The translations under genes and the position numbers were made by a program. The notes under the pieces were generated by a model, which saw only the letters and a program-made list of their open reading frames with translations, ran no database searches and was not told where the DNA came from. Source: Alphaproteobacteria bacterium (GTDB lineage: Bacteria > Pseudomonadota > Alphaproteobacteria > Sphingomonadales > Kordiimonadaceae). From it: a stretch of 64,000 nt of DNA. This document shows, one piece after another, positions 22,436-32,971 of this stretch. Positions within the stretch are counted from its first letter, which is position 1. Each line of letters begins with the position of its first letter. The DNA is taken from positions 40,959 to 104,958 of the forward strand of contig JABXIS010000044.1 in assembly GCA_013372975.1 (NCBI GenBank). The letters run 5' to 3'.

Positions 22436-23371
22436 TCAGGCAGGCTCGACATGGTTGTCCAGAAGCGGAACATTGGCCCCTGCTTTTTCAGCCCCGGCGG
22501 GGCGCAATAACTGTGGCCCTAACCTCATTTCCGCCCGGTGTGCGCGCTCAAGCCCGACCCTGATCTCTTCTTCACAATAAGCTGCCAGCGCTTTGCGGGA
22601 ACCGGCCTCAGCCAGAGAAATCGGCGCGTGAAATTCGATCATGGCTTCAATGCGGGCACGTCCCATTACCTGCCTGAGATGCTGGAACAACTCCACATCT
22701 CCAAGCCAAGCCACCCACGGCTTTTGGGACCGCACTAGAGGCATGCCATTGACCTCTGTATAGGCGAGCGTAACCGGCTGAATCAGCAAATGGTGATCAC
22801 AGGCATCATCTGCGCGCTCTGCAACGGAAAAAAGCGCTGACTTGAAAGGCGCCAAACGCATGCCATCGGTTGATGTTCCTTCCGGGAACAGGATCAAGCT
22901 ATGCCCCTGCTTCACTCTCTCAACCAACGCGTCACGCTGCTTGAGGCTTTCAGTGCGACGCATCCGGTTTACAAAAATGGTTTTATGCAAGCTGCACAGG
23001 GACCCGATGAACCCCCAACCCGCAACCTCGGATTTTGCAATGAAACTTGCATTTTCAAGATGCCCGCCCAACACAATGATGTCGAGCCAGGAGATATGAT
23101 TTGCAGCATAGAGAATGGAACCCGTGTGATGCCGGTGGGCATCAAGGTTTCTTTTTTCCACCCGGATTCTGATGCCCAGTATACGGCACATAGTACGGTG
23201 CCAAAGGCCTGCCACAGGCCACCAGGCCTGTGGGAAAAACTTCACAAGAATAAATTGAAGCGGCAGCAATGCGATGGAAGTGCCAATAACGGCCAGAAGC
23301 CTTACAAATCCCAAGAATGTCCAGCCTTCGCCGTCCAGATTGGACCTCAAGCCGCCATATTCCTCCGCCAT
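22436..23371 (-). CDS. Lysophospholipid acyltransferase (PlsC/OlsA family)
   Basis: NHISWLD (HX4D) and FPEGTS motifs. Confidence 0.92.
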   Translation of the reverse strand: MAEEYGGLRSNLDGEGWTFLGFVRLLAVIGTSIALLPLQFILVKFFPQAWWPVAGLWHRTMCRILGIRIRVEKRNLDAHRHHTGSILYAANHISWLDIIVLGGHLENASFIAKSEVAGWGFIGSLCSLHKTIFVNRMRRTESLKQRDALVERVKQGHSLILFPEGTSTDGMRLAPFKSALFSVAERADDACDHHLLIQPVTLAYTEVNGMPLVRSQKPWVAWLGDVELFQHLRQVMGRARIEAMIEFHAPISLAEAGSRKALAAYCEEEIRVGLERAHRAEMRLGPQLLRPAGAEKAGANVPLLDNHVEPA

Positions 23372-23401
23372 GCCATTACTCCGGGCACCCGAAGGTGCAC
23401 T

Positions 23402-23824
23402 TTAATCTTCCTTGATTGGCACGCCATAAAGCTCCATCCGGTGATCCACCAGCCGAAAGCCCATCTTGCGTGCAATCTGTTCTTGCAATTTTTCTATTTC
23501 ATCATTGTGAAACTCAAGCACTTCACCTGTTTCCACATTGATCAAATGGTCATGATGTTCGTCAGAAACTTGCTCATACCGCGACCGACCATCACGAAAA
23601 TCATGCCGCTCAAGAATACCAGCTTCTTCAAACAAGCGCACGGTGCGGTAGACTGTAGCAATACTAATGCCCTCATCAATCGCTGTAGAACGGCGATACA
23701 CCTCTTCTACATCAGGATGGTCTTCAGCATCGGAAAGGACCTTGGCAATTACCCGCCGCTGGTCTGTCATCCGCATGCCTTTCTGTTGACACAGGTCCTC
23801 GATGTTGGGCTGTTCCATATTCAT
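23402..23824 (-). CDS. fur: Fur-family regulator (Fur/Mur)
   Basis: MTDQRRVIA, DHPDVEE, ISIATVYRT and HHDHL motifs; start 23824 or 23818. Confidence 0.95.
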   Translation of the reverse strand: MNMEQPNIEDLCQQKGMRMTDQRRVIAKVLSDAEDHPDVEEVYRRSTAIDEGISIATVYRTVRLFEEAGILERHDFRDGRSRYEQVSDEHHDHLINVETGEVLEFHNDEIEKLQEQIARKMGFRLVDHRMELYGVPIKED

Positions 23825-23966
23825 GAGCTCACGACACTCCTGATTGCTGTCATATGTTGGGAATATGTTCGGAAGATGGCACAGCATAGCGCCAAGGGCA
23901 AGCCACGCATCACAGAATAATGCATGGCCTGCCCAGACCTTTAAAAACGTCGAAACTTTCTAGCCG

Positions 23967-24377
23967 CTACTTCTTGCGGCTACGGCCCAAACCAATTTTT
24001 TTGGCCAGCTCACGCCGTTGCTCGGCATAGTTTGGCGCAACCATCGGATAGTCGCCCGGCAACCCCCAACGCTCCCGATACTCTTCCGGGCTCATATCAT
24101 ATTGGGTTTTAAGATGGCGTTTCAGCATTTTCAGCTTCTTTCCATCTTCAAGGCAAATCATGTAGTTGGGCGTAATTGATTTCTTGATTGGAACCGCAGG
24201 TTCCGGTCGGGTTTCAGCTGCTGCATTCTCGCCCCCCAGCGCATGCAACGTTTGAAAAACCTTTTCGATCAGTTGCGGCAACTCTGCAACATCAACCGAA
24301 TTATTGGCCACATGCGACGATACGATTTCGGCCGTCAATGCCAACAATTCTTCTTTCATTACTTCTTTTTGTTCCAT
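23967..24377 (-). CDS. mucR: MucR/Ros zinc-finger transcriptional regulator
   Basis: ICLEDGKKLKMLKRHL and YPMVAPNYAEQR motifs. Confidence 0.95.
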   Translation of the reverse strand: MEQKEVMKEELLALTAEIVSSHVANNSVDVAELPQLIEKVFQTLHALGGENAAAETRPEPAVPIKKSITPNYMICLEDGKKLKMLKRHLKTQYDMSPEEYRERWGLPGDYPMVAPNYAEQRRELAKKIGLGRSRKK

Positions 24378-24486
24378 AACCCTCTTTCCGGCTACCAGGC
24401 TTATGGTTAAACCAAATCAGTGTTTTGCTTTTATTGCCGAAACTGTCTGTATACAGTGCCGAAAACCATGTTAAAGGGCCACCCCA

Positions 24487-24786
24487 ATGCAGTACCGCGA
24501 CATACCATGCTCTCTAGACCTTCGCGGCGCCACATGCCCCATGGCTTTTGTCAAAGCAAAAATCCACCTGGACAAACTCGTATCTGGCGAAAGAACAACC
24601 ATCCTTTTTGAACAAATCCCCTCGAACGAACCTCTGGTTCGCTCGATCCGTTCACTAGGACACAAAGTTTTGTCAGAAACTTCCATCGCTGATGCGCCGC
24701 AAACAAAGATCGACACATGCAGCCAAGTCCTTCCCCCTGACACAGATGTACAATTAACCATACTGGAAGTTGAAGTAAAGATATAA
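24487..24786 (+). CDS. TusA/SirA-family sulfurtransferase
   Basis: LDLRGATCPMAFVKAK. Confidence 0.8.
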   Translation: MQYRDIPCSLDLRGATCPMAFVKAKIHLDKLVSGERTTILFEQIPSNEPLVRSIRSLGHKVLSETSIADAPQTKIDTCSQVLPPDTDVQLTILEVEVKI

Positions 24787-24819
24787 ACAATAACTATATT
24801 TATATTACTGTAATCTTTT

Positions 24820-25302
24820 CTACTGAGTTATAATCAAAGCGAAACAAAGTGCGTCTTTACGACTACCACTCAAAGTTTGATAATAACCGGCGCGCCGACC
24901 GATATTTTCAAATCCATTTGCTTCATACAGTTTGATCGCAGCCTTGTTATCTTCTCGGACTTCAAGGAAGAACTTCTCCGCTTTCAAGGCCTTAAGAAAT
25001 GAGATGATTTTCTTGATAATCGCAGCGCCAGCACCACATTTCTGCCGTTGCGGCTCCACGGCTATTGTAATCAGTTCAGCCTCGTCACAAACCAACCGGA
25101 TAACCCCGAAGCCGATGGGTTCTTCCCCCTGTTGCGCGACAAAAACATGCACTCCCTGCATTTCAACTATGTCGCGAAAATCACCCGCTTTCCACCCAGC
25201 ATCGCCTTGCGGGAGAAACGCCGACAGATGCAGCTTTGAAAGCAGGCTCAAAAGCTGTTCTGATGTGCCCGTTATTTCTGAAACGTGGAGTTCGGTGGTC
25301 AT
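24820..25302 (-). CDS. rimI: RimI-type GNAT acetyltransferase
   Basis: FLEVREDNKAAIKLYEANGF...RRAGYY; follows tsaB. Confidence 0.88.
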   Translation of the reverse strand: MTTELHVSEITGTSEQLLSLLSKLHLSAFLPQGDAGWKAGDFRDIVEMQGVHVFVAQQGEEPIGFGVIRLVCDEAELITIAVEPQRQKCGAGAAIIKKIISFLKALKAEKFFLEVREDNKAAIKLYEANGFENIGRRAGYYQTLSGSRKDALCFALIITQ

Positions 25303-25961
25303 TGTTCAGTAGGCAACAATGCCTTGCCCTTTTTCGCATCGGCATCTCGCAGATAAGCGGGTTCAGGTGGATACATGTCAGGCTCGATAGACGCACCCAA
25401 CTGCCCCAACATCGAAGGATCGACAGAATCGATTGACGCTACGGCGCCAACCAGCGAAGCGCCGCTGCCTACGACAGCACCGGGCCGGCTGGCGATCATT
25501 TCGGCGATAACTTCTGCATCCAAACAGGCCGCCGGGCCAAGCTGGGCGGGCAAACCATTGGGGGCAAGACCTTCAAAAGCCTGATAAAATCCCTGGCCAC
25601 CACGCCCCATGACGATGGCATGAATCACACCGCCGGTCTCACCGGCCTGTGCAGCCATCACCGGCAAGCTCATCAACCCCACACACGGTATTCCCTTTGC
25701 TACGGCAAGCCCACGCGCGACAGACAGCCCAATGCGAAGGCCTGTGAATGTACCGGGTCCGGTAGAGACCACCAGACGCGACAAATCCTCGAACGACCTG
25801 CTCGCCTCAGCCAAAAGATCTGAAACCATGGGCAGCAACCGCTCGGCATGGCCACGTCCAAGTCTTTCCGATCGACGAGCGAGCGTATGCCCGCCGCTCA
25901 CCAGAGCGGCAGAGCATGTCACTTCGCAAGTATCAATAGCCAGGATGAGCGGGATAGCCAC
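25299..25961 (-). CDS. tsaB: t6A biosynthesis protein TsaB
   Basis: ILAIDT, GHAERL and GPGTFTGLRIG motifs. Confidence 0.97.
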   Translation of the reverse strand: MAIPLILAIDTCEVTCSAALVSGGHTLARRSERLGRGHAERLLPMVSDLLAEASRSFEDLSRLVVSTGPGTFTGLRIGLSVARGLAVAKGIPCVGLMSLPVMAAQAGETGGVIHAIVMGRGGQGFYQAFEGLAPNGLPAQLGPAACLDAEVIAEMIASRPGAVVGSGASLVGAVASIDSVDPSMLGQLGASIEPDMYPPEPAYLRDADAKKGKALLPTEQ

Positions 25962-25975
25962 GTATGTTTTCCGGT

Positions 25976-26578
25976 TCAGAGAATTTGGGCGGCATCATCA
26001 AATGCCAAACGCGGACTACGTGGGAAGATGCGCTCCTCTGAACCATATCCAAGCGAACAAATAAAATTGGCCTTCAGGGTCGTCTCTGCGAAAAATTCTT
26101 TATCCACAGCATCTTTGTCGAAGCCTGACATAGGACCACAATCCAGCCCCAGCGTGCGCGCCGCCAGCATTAGATAAGCACCCTGCAATGTGCCGTTACG
26201 GAAAGCAGTCTCTTCAGAAACCGCTGGGTCGGAGAACCAGTTTTTTGCATCGGGTTCATGAGGGAACAGTTCGGGCAGTTTTTCTGCAAATGCTGTATCG
26301 GTGGCAATGATTACGGTTACAGGGGCTTGCATCACCTTTGCCTGGTTACCTTCCATCAGGTGGGGTTTCAGCCGCTCTTTGGCTTCTGCCGTTTTCACAA
26401 AAACAAACCGCGCCGGGCAGCAATTGGCACTGGTGGCACCCATCTTCAACAGGTCATATAAGGCCTGAAGCTGCTCGTCAGAAACTGCCTTATCAGTCCA
26501 GACATTCACTGTCCGCGCTTCGGTGAATAATTGCGCCTGTGCGTTTTTGTCGAGTGGTGCTTTAAACCCTACCTGCAT
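25976..26578 (-). CDS. Nitroreductase-family protein (RutE/malonic semialdehyde reductase-like)
   Basis: [18 protein letters not shown] and [11 protein letters not shown] motifs; ATG 26578 has an SD. Confidence 0.9.
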   Translation of the reverse strand: MQVGFKAPLDKNAQAQLFTEARTVNVWTDKAVSDEQLQALYDLLKMGATSANCCPARFVFVKTAEAKERLKPHLMEGNQAKVMQAPVTVIIATDTAFAEKLPELFPHEPDAKNWFSDPAVSEETAFRNGTLQGAYLMLAARTLGLDCGPMSGFDKDAVDKEFFAETTLKANFICSLGYGSEERIFPRSPRLAFDDAAQIL

Positions 26579-26691
26579 TACCAATCCCTTTCCTGTACTT
26601 GCCACAAATCCAGCAATAAGTTTCAAGTGAAACATTTGCCCCCTCTTGCCACCGCGAGCCAAACAAGGCAAGACTGCAAGGTGAATATTGG

Positions 26692-27768
26692 ATGCAGCAA
26701 CGCTACACAAGGGGGTTATTGATGACAAGAGCAGCACGTGCCTTGGCGCTTATGCTTTTGACGCTATGCGGTCTCGTCCCCGCCCAGGCGGACCAATCAG
26801 CCGTGGTCCTTCTATACCACCGGTTTGGGGAAGATACGTTGCCTTCCACAAATATTCGGCTCGGTCAGTTTGACGAACACATCGCCCAACTGAAGGCTGG
26901 TGGGTACAATTTTATGCCTCTCGGGGAAATCGCTCGCAGACTGAAGGCGAAAGAATCGCTGCCAGAAAGAACGGTCGCAATCACTGTTGATGATGCTTAC
27001 AAATCTGTCTTTCTGGAAGGCTGGCCGCGACTGAAGGCGGCAGGGATTCCCATGACCCTTTTTGTCTCCACAGACCCTGTGGATGCCGCCAGCAGCCAAT
27101 CCAGCAGCAACTATATGACATGGGACGATGTCCGCACTTTGAAAGCTGAAGGCGTTGAGATAGCCCATCACACAGCCAGTCATTTGCACATGCCACACGC
27201 CGGCGCAGAAGCAGCGCTTGCAGATGTGCGGCGCGCCAGCGAAAGGTTTGAGGCAGAATTAGGGGCTGTTCCCGCGCTCTTCGCATACCCATACGGCGAA
27301 TATGATTCAGACATCAAGGCAGCGATTGAAGCCGAGGGATTTGAAGCCGCCTTTGCTCAGTTTTCGGGGCCTGCCGCTACCTGGAGTGACTCTTTCGCCT
27401 TGCCACGCTTTCCTGTGAACGAACGATATGGCGACATGCCCCGTTTCAAGCTAATTTCTCAAGCTTTGGCCTTGCCGGTATCCGACATTGTGCCTGCAAG
27501 TGCATTGGTCGAAGAAGGCCGTAACCCGCCGATATTTGGATTCACCGTGGATGAAACAGTTCGTGGTCTTGGCGCACTCGCATGCTACCCCAGCCATCTC
27601 GGGAAACCGGCCGATCTCATCAGGATTGACCGCAGCAGGATCGAAGTCAGGTTTGATCAGCCATTTCCGAAAGGGCGAAACAGGATCAATTGCACAATGC
27701 CCGCTGGCGGCGGACGTTGGTACTGGCACGGCCAGTTCTTCCTCGTACCCGGCGGGAAACTCGACTAA
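26692..27768 (+). CDS. Secreted polysaccharide deacetylase (CE4) with C-terminal domain
   Basis: LLYHRF, TVDDAY, HHTASH and FAYPYGE motifs; signal peptide. Confidence 0.9.
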   Translation: MQQRYTRGLLMTRAARALALMLLTLCGLVPAQADQSAVVLLYHRFGEDTLPSTNIRLGQFDEHIAQLKAGGYNFMPLGEIARRLKAKESLPERTVAITVDDAYKSVFLEGWPRLKAAGIPMTLFVSTDPVDAASSQSSSNYMTWDDVRTLKAEGVEIAHHTASHLHMPHAGAEAALADVRRASERFEAELGAVPALFAYPYGEYDSDIKAAIEAEGFEAAFAQFSGPAATWSDSFALPRFPVNERYGDMPRFKLISQALALPVSDIVPASALVEEGRNPPIFGFTVDETVRGLGALACYPSHLGKPADLIRIDRSRIEVRFDQPFPKGRNRINCTMPAGGGRWYWHGQFFLVPGGKLD

Positions 27769-27788
27769 CGGAGATAAAGTAGGCTCGC

Positions 27789-28352
27789 CTATTCAACAGC
27801 GCGAACATCTACTACTTCAGGCACATAATATTTCAGCAGGTTTTCGATCCCGTGCTTGAGCGTAATGGTGGAGCTTGGGCACCCAGCACACGCACCTTGC
27901 ATGGTCAAATACACCACACCTTCCTTGAAACCGCGGTAGATGATGTCTCCGCCATCGCCAGCCACGGCGGGCCGGATTTTTTCATCAAGCAAATTTTTGA
28001 TTTGTTCGATGATGTCCGCATCAGCTTCGTCTTCTTCAACTGCTGCCGAAGTATCCACAGCACCTTCATGGGAAAGTACAGGCGCGCCACTTGCAAAAAA
28101 CTGCATCAAACCTGCCAGGACTTGCGGCTTCAGATCAGCCCAATCCTGGTCATCGACCTTGGTGATCGTGATAAAGTCATGCCCCAAAAATACACCTGCA
28201 ACGCCGTTGATACCAAACATGGCATCGGCAAGCGGGGACGCCTCGGCGCCGTCAGCACTGGCAAAGTTCGCTGTTCCGACTTCGAGAACAACCCGTCCTG
28301 GGATAAATTTCAAGGTTTCCGGGTTTGGCGTAACTTCAGTTTCAATAAACAT
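27789..28352 (-). CDS. nfuA: NfuA/NifU-family Fe-S carrier
   Basis: MFIETEVTPNP, IRPAVAGDGGD and GACAGCPSS motifs. Confidence 0.95.
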   Translation of the reverse strand: MFIETEVTPNPETLKFIPGRVVLEVGTANFASADGAEASPLADAMFGINGVAGVFLGHDFITITKVDDQDWADLKPQVLAGLMQFFASGAPVLSHEGAVDTSAAVEEDEADADIIEQIKNLLDEKIRPAVAGDGGDIIYRGFKEGVVYLTMQGACAGCPSSTITLKHGIENLLKYYVPEVVDVRAVE

Positions 28353-28378
28353 GACTAAATCCTTCTTGATTTGGCCTT

Positions 28379-28408
28379 GATGTGGGCCTTCAACCGCAAA
28401 AGGTCAAG
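28379..28408 (-). promoter_or_regulatory. Putative RpoH (sigma32)-type promoter for nfuA
   Basis: Minus strand reads CTTGAC-N16-CCCACATC. Confidence 0.45.
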
Positions 28409-28457
28409 CCCTAAAACCGCGCTACACCTTTGCGCGGCAAAGCAACGCACCTTTGCA

Positions 28458-29042
28458 TTAGGAAGCTGCACCCCATGTTTCGACGTCTTCTTCCAATCCG
28501 CGCAGGCAGGTTTCCAGCGGCAACCTCTGGCCAGATACCCGGCAAAGCACCAAGGCGCCTTGGATACGCCCCAATACATCATCAGCCCAATCGTTCGCAT
28601 CTTGCCTGCTCGCGCCGGCCTCAACCAGGCATGATGAAAGCCCTTTGCGCCACATCTCAACTGCGGCACCGATTCGACTGGAAAACAAATCGAGGCCACT
28701 CCCAAGCAAAAGGCTATTCATCAAGCAAAAAGGGGGCGCACCATCATAATAATTGGCTGTGCCTTGGAAGGAGGCGAGAAGCTTTTGAACGCCGGATTTA
28801 GGCGCCTCCTGCGCAAGAGGAGAAAGAACCAGCGTTTGCAAGCGGGCCCCGGACTGGGCCAGCACATATGCCGCCATCTCATCTTTTCCCTTGGGGAAAT
28901 GATGATACAAGCTGGCTTTCGACAAGCCCGTGGCTTCGGATAGCATTTTCATGCTGGCACCCTCATAACCGTTTTCCTTGAAAACAGTTTCCAGGCGTTT
29001 TGCCAATTGCGATTTGGTATATTTTGCGGGTCGCGTCATCAA
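28458..29042 (-). CDS. TetR/AcrR-family regulator
   Basis: N-terminal HTH GYEGASM...GLSKASLYHHFPKGK. Confidence 0.93.
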   Translation of the reverse strand: MMTRPAKYTKSQLAKRLETVFKENGYEGASMKMLSEATGLSKASLYHHFPKGKDEMAAYVLAQSGARLQTLVLSPLAQEAPKSGVQKLLASFQGTANYYDGAPPFCLMNSLLLGSGLDLFSSRIGAAVEMWRKGLSSCLVEAGASRQDANDWADDVLGRIQGALVLCRVSGQRLPLETCLRGLEEDVETWGAAS

Positions 29043-29068
29043 GGCCTCACATCGTCAACCTATTATAT

Positions 29069-29082
29069 ACCAATCGTTCGGT
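29069..29082. promoter_or_regulatory. Candidate TetR operator
   Basis: Imperfect palindrome accaatcgttcggt just upstream of the tetR start. Confidence 0.4.
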
Positions 29083-29190
29083 TAAAAACAACTACCGAAA
29101 CCAAGGTTATGAAACCACTCTCTGAAGCTTCCAAACTTTGCCGCATTCTCAAGGCATGATACAAAGCAGCCAAAGCAACAGGAAAAAAGC

Positions 29191-31167
29191 GTGACATCCG
29201 GAAAATCCAGAAGAAATAACGCGGTGCGACAGCAAGGCAGCCCAAAAACAGGCGGCCCAGGCAAACAACCTAGACGGCCTCTCTTCAAGAGGCTTGCCTA
29301 TGGCGCGGCTGTCGTTGGCGTTTGGTGCGCAATTCTCGGCATCATCGGGCTGGGATATCTGGCCCACGACCTGCCAGACCTGGATAACCTCCCTGCCCCG
29401 GGCGCAAGAGATCAGGCAGTGATCATCAAGGCTGCCAACGGGGCTACCCTGGTACGCAATGGTCCGATTTATGGCGACTGGATTCGCTATAACGAAACAC
29501 CCGAGGTTTTGATCCGTGCCTTCACCTCCGTCGAAGACAGGCATTTCTTCGACCACAGCGGCATTGATAGTCGCGGCCTTGCCCGGGCGGTTGTCACCAA
29601 TGTAAAGCGCGGACGCGTTAGCGCGGGCGGTAGCACCATTACCCAACAGTTGGCGAAAAATCTTTTCCTGTCGTCTGACCGAACCATCACCCGCAAGGCT
29701 CGTGAACTGCTTCTTGCTTTCTGGCTGGAGCAGAAGTTTTCCAAAGAACAGATCATGACCCTCTATCTTAACCGGGTCTATTTTGGCGGCGGCGCATACG
29801 GCATTGATGCTGCCTCGAGAAAATTTTTCGGGCACTCAGCACGCACGCTTTCCATCGCTGAATCAGCCATGCTCGCGGGGCTTGTCAAAGCCCCTTCCCG
29901 CCTGGCTCCACACATCAACCCGGATGGCGCCTGGGGCCGTGCCAAGATCGTTTTGGGCACTATGGCAGAGACCGGGGCACTTTCGAAAGCTGCAGCAGAA
30001 AAAATTCAGGGGCAGCCACCTACAATCAGGGGCGCAGCAGCCGGCGCGGATGTCCGTTATTTCACAGATTGGGTTTTAACCGAAATCCCGACTCTTGTAC
30101 CAAAAGCCAGAGGCCGCTCCCTCGTTATCTACACCACGCTTGATCCAGGCATCCAGCGCGCAGCCGCTATGGCACTTGACCGCGGCCTCAGCGGTGAAGG
30201 CCAAAAAAGGGACGCTAGCCAGGGGGCCCTTGTAGCGCTTGAGCATGATGGTGCAGTGAGGGCACTTGTGGGCGGCGCGAGCTACGGGAAAAGTCAGTAT
30301 AACCGGGCGGTGCAAGCTCTCAGGCAGCCTGGCTCCGCCTTCAAACTGTTCTCCTATCTGGCGGCGTTGGAAACAGGCATAAAACCCGAAGATACCTATA
30401 ACGATACGGCCATCAGCATCGAGGGCTGGTCCCCCAAAAACTACAGCGGGACCTATTCGGGCACTATGACCGTCCGCGAGGCCTTCGCCCGTTCGATCAA
30501 CACTGTTGCGGTTCAAGTAGCAGAAAAGGTAGGGCGTGACCGAGTGGCCTCGATGGCAAAACGGCTGGGCATCTCTACCAAAGTTGAAGCACTGCCAAGC
30601 CTACCTTTAGGCACGGAGGAGGTGAAATTGATCGACTTGGCTGGTGCCTACGCCGCTGTCGCAAATGGCGGCTTTGAAGCAAAGCCCTACGGCGTTCTAG
30701 AGATCACCACCCTGGAGGGAGAGGTAATCTACCGTGCCATTCCGAGCCGCCCCCGCCCTGTATTGACCTACCCAGTGGTAGAAGACATGGCGAGTATGCT
30801 TTCCTCCGTTGTGGAGTGGGGTTCAGGCCGCAACGCAAAAATTGACAGAAGTGCTGCTGGAAAATCAGGCACAAGCCAAGACAGTCGTGATGCCGTATTT
30901 GCAGGTTTCACCAGCGACATGACAGCGGCGGTTTGGGTCGGAAATGATGACGGCACGCCGATGAAAGGAGTGACTGGAGGCGGCCTTCCGGCGCGCATAT
31001 GGTCTGACTTCATGCTAGAGGCCCATGCCGGCGCCCCAATCAGGCCGCTACTGGCAGATGCTGGCATGTATGCTGCATCGGCAGAAGAAGCCGAAGATCT
31101 GGGACAGGAAGCACCAAAACAGCCTGAAAAGAAAAAAGGTTTCTTCAAACGGCTGTTCGGCGGATAA
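29191..31167 (+). CDS. Class A penicillin-binding protein (PBP1A family)
   Basis: EDRHF, GGSTITQQLAKN and RKARE transglycosylase motifs; SAFK, SIN and KSG transpeptidase motifs. Confidence 0.95.
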   Translation: MTSGKSRRNNAVRQQGSPKTGGPGKQPRRPLFKRLAYGAAVVGVWCAILGIIGLGYLAHDLPDLDNLPAPGARDQAVIIKAANGATLVRNGPIYGDWIRYNETPEVLIRAFTSVEDRHFFDHSGIDSRGLARAVVTNVKRGRVSAGGSTITQQLAKNLFLSSDRTITRKARELLLAFWLEQKFSKEQIMTLYLNRVYFGGGAYGIDAASRKFFGHSARTLSIAESAMLAGLVKAPSRLAPHINPDGAWGRAKIVLGTMAETGALSKAAAEKIQGQPPTIRGAAAGADVRYFTDWVLTEIPTLVPKARGRSLVIYTTLDPGIQRAAAMALDRGLSGEGQKRDASQGALVALEHDGAVRALVGGASYGKSQYNRAVQALRQPGSAFKLFSYLAALETGIKPEDTYNDTAISIEGWSPKNYSGTYSGTMTVREAFARSINTVAVQVAEKVGRDRVASMAKRLGISTKVEALPSLPLGTEEVKLIDLAGAYAAVANGGFEAKPYGVLEITTLEGEVIYRAIPSRPRPVLTYPVVEDMASMLSSVVEWGSGRNAKIDRSAAGKSGTSQDSRDAVFAGFTSDMTAAVWVGNDDGTPMKGVTGGGLPARIWSDFMLEAHAGAPIRPLLADAGMYAASAEEAEDLGQEAPKQPEKKKGFFKRLFGG

Positions 31168-31254
31168 GGCGCGACCGCATGCATGCGACTATTTGGCCCC
31201 TTGCGATGACCGAAGCCTTCCTCCACATAGGTTGGGAAAGAAAGGGACGCCGGG

Positions 31255-31659
31255 ATGCCATTACCTCTTGAACCAAACATCAGCCGCACAATGGTCCACG
31301 CATTTGTCGTGGATTTTTATAGCCGCGTACGGAATCACGACATCCTTGGGCCCATCTTTGAAGAACGTCTGGAAGGCCATTGGGACGCGCATTTCGAGAA
31401 ACTGACGGATTTCTGGATGACCGTGTTGGGCGGCATTCCAGCCTACAAAGGCAATCCATTTGGGGCACATCATCAGGTTGTCAATGAGGGCAAACACAGA
31501 ATGGCCCCGGGACATTTCGATCACTGGCTCAATCTGTTTGACGCATCTACCAATGAAACCTTGCCCGAACCGCTGGCCGCGATCGCGCAAGTTAAGGCCC
31601 GGCGTATAGCTGATAGCCTTCGCCAAGGACTTTTCTATCGCCCCAAGGCCGCCGAATAA
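31255..31659 (+). CDS. Group III truncated hemoglobin
   Basis: FYSRVRNHDILGPIF, HFEKLTDFW and HFDHWLNLF motifs. Confidence 0.9.
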   Translation: MPLPLEPNISRTMVHAFVVDFYSRVRNHDILGPIFEERLEGHWDAHFEKLTDFWMTVLGGIPAYKGNPFGAHHQVVNEGKHRMAPGHFDHWLNLFDASTNETLPEPLAAIAQVKARRIADSLRQGLFYRPKAAE

Positions 31660-32358
31660 TCAGATTTTCACAGCAAACAAAGCAGCGCCATGCTTTTTCA
31701 ACCACCGCCTGTGCACTTCAAAGTCAGGAATGCAGCGCTCGACATGTGCCCAAAACCGGTCTGAGTGATTCATTTCCAGCAAATGCGCTACTTCGTGTGC
31801 TGCCACATAATGGAGGACATCTGGCGGCGCCATCAGAAGGCGCCAGTTAAATCGCAAGGTCCCGCGCGAGGAGCAACTGCCCCACCGGCTCCTCATATCT
31901 CCAATACTGACTCGCACATATCGCGCACCCAATATTTCGGCGTATGTCGCCGATGCGGCTATCATCCGGGTTTTGGCTTCCGCCCTGAGCCAGTTATTCA
32001 GACGTCGCGCAGCATGATCTTTCGGCCCGCCGACGACGATAGCATCGTCAACTAACCTTACCCCCCTTGGCGCAATGCCTGTGAACTGTACCCTGCGTGA
32101 ATAACCTTCGACATCAAGCATCGAACCGTCACTCACCGGCACAATCGCGTGCGCCTTGCCGCGCTCGTCGCAAATCCAGTCCACATGTTGATCCAGAAAT
32201 CTCCGAGCTGAGGTAGCCGATGCACGCTTTGGCATGGTCAGTCGCACTTCTCCGCTTGTTGGACACACACGCAAAATCATGCGCCTCGCCTGTGCATTGC
32301 GGCGCACCCGCACTTCAACGTCTTCGTCACCAAGTTCAAGAAAAATTGGCTGGGTCAA
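31660..32358 (-). CDS. YgjP/SprT-like metallopeptidase-family protein
   Basis: RWGSCSS, LMAPPDV and HEVAH motifs. Confidence 0.9.
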   Translation of the reverse strand: MTQPIFLELGDEDVEVRVRRNAQARRMILRVCPTSGEVRLTMPKRASATSARRFLDQHVDWICDERGKAHAIVPVSDGSMLDVEGYSRRVQFTGIAPRGVRLVDDAIVVGGPKDHAARRLNNWLRAEAKTRMIAASATYAEILGARYVRVSIGDMRSRWGSCSSRGTLRFNWRLLMAPPDVLHYVAAHEVAHLLEMNHSDRFWAHVERCIPDFEVHRRWLKKHGAALFAVKI

Positions 32359-32924
32359 GAGCTGGAATCCCCTTGCCCTTGTTCACTCCACCAACGCCAC
32401 AATCTTACGTGGCCTACTCCTTGGGTCGCGTGCTGATTGGCAAAGTGAACCCCAACAGCATAGCCCACGTAGGCAGCCAAAAACGCCAAACCAATGGTCA
32501 TCGGGCCGTGCCCCAAATCCCAATATTGGAACCAGGTCAGTGCTGAAACCAGATTTTTGATGCTGTTGATCAGAAAGCCGACAAACAGATTAATCAGGTC
32601 AGGGATGAACCAATGTTCAAGAGCAATAATTTTGGCAAAAAAAGAAAAAACTTCGCCGACCTCAATGTAGGCATAGGTGTATAACGTGGCGGTTCCATAG
32701 AAGCCGCCGCCAAATCCCATCCACTTCTTGACGGCAAAATTCTCTTCCTTTTTCTTCTGCTTCTTTCGCTCAGCCTTGATTTCCTTGAGCCTGACTTCGA
32801 ATTCTTTCCGGTTCGAGAAAGCATCAATTCGGCCGCTGTCACGCAGCCAACCTACAAGCAGGTAAGACACCAGCCCTACAGGCAGCGCCAATTTGAAAAT
32901 TGCCAAAATAATGGTGCTAAACAT
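32355..32924 (-). CDS. Hypothetical membrane protein
   Basis: Hydrophobic segments and GFGGGFYG motif; overlaps ygjP start by 4 nt. Confidence 0.7.
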   Translation of the reverse strand: MFSTIILAIFKLALPVGLVSYLLVGWLRDSGRIDAFSNRKEFEVRLKEIKAERKKQKKKEENFAVKKWMGFGGGFYGTATLYTYAYIEVGEVFSFFAKIIALEHWFIPDLINLFVGFLINSIKNLVSALTWFQYWDLGHGPMTIGLAFLAAYVGYAVGVHFANQHATQGVGHVRLWRWWSEQGQGDSSS

Positions 32925-32971
32925 GCGGCATCATTGTCGGATCATGGCATGCAAGTCAAAGAAAAGAAGCG

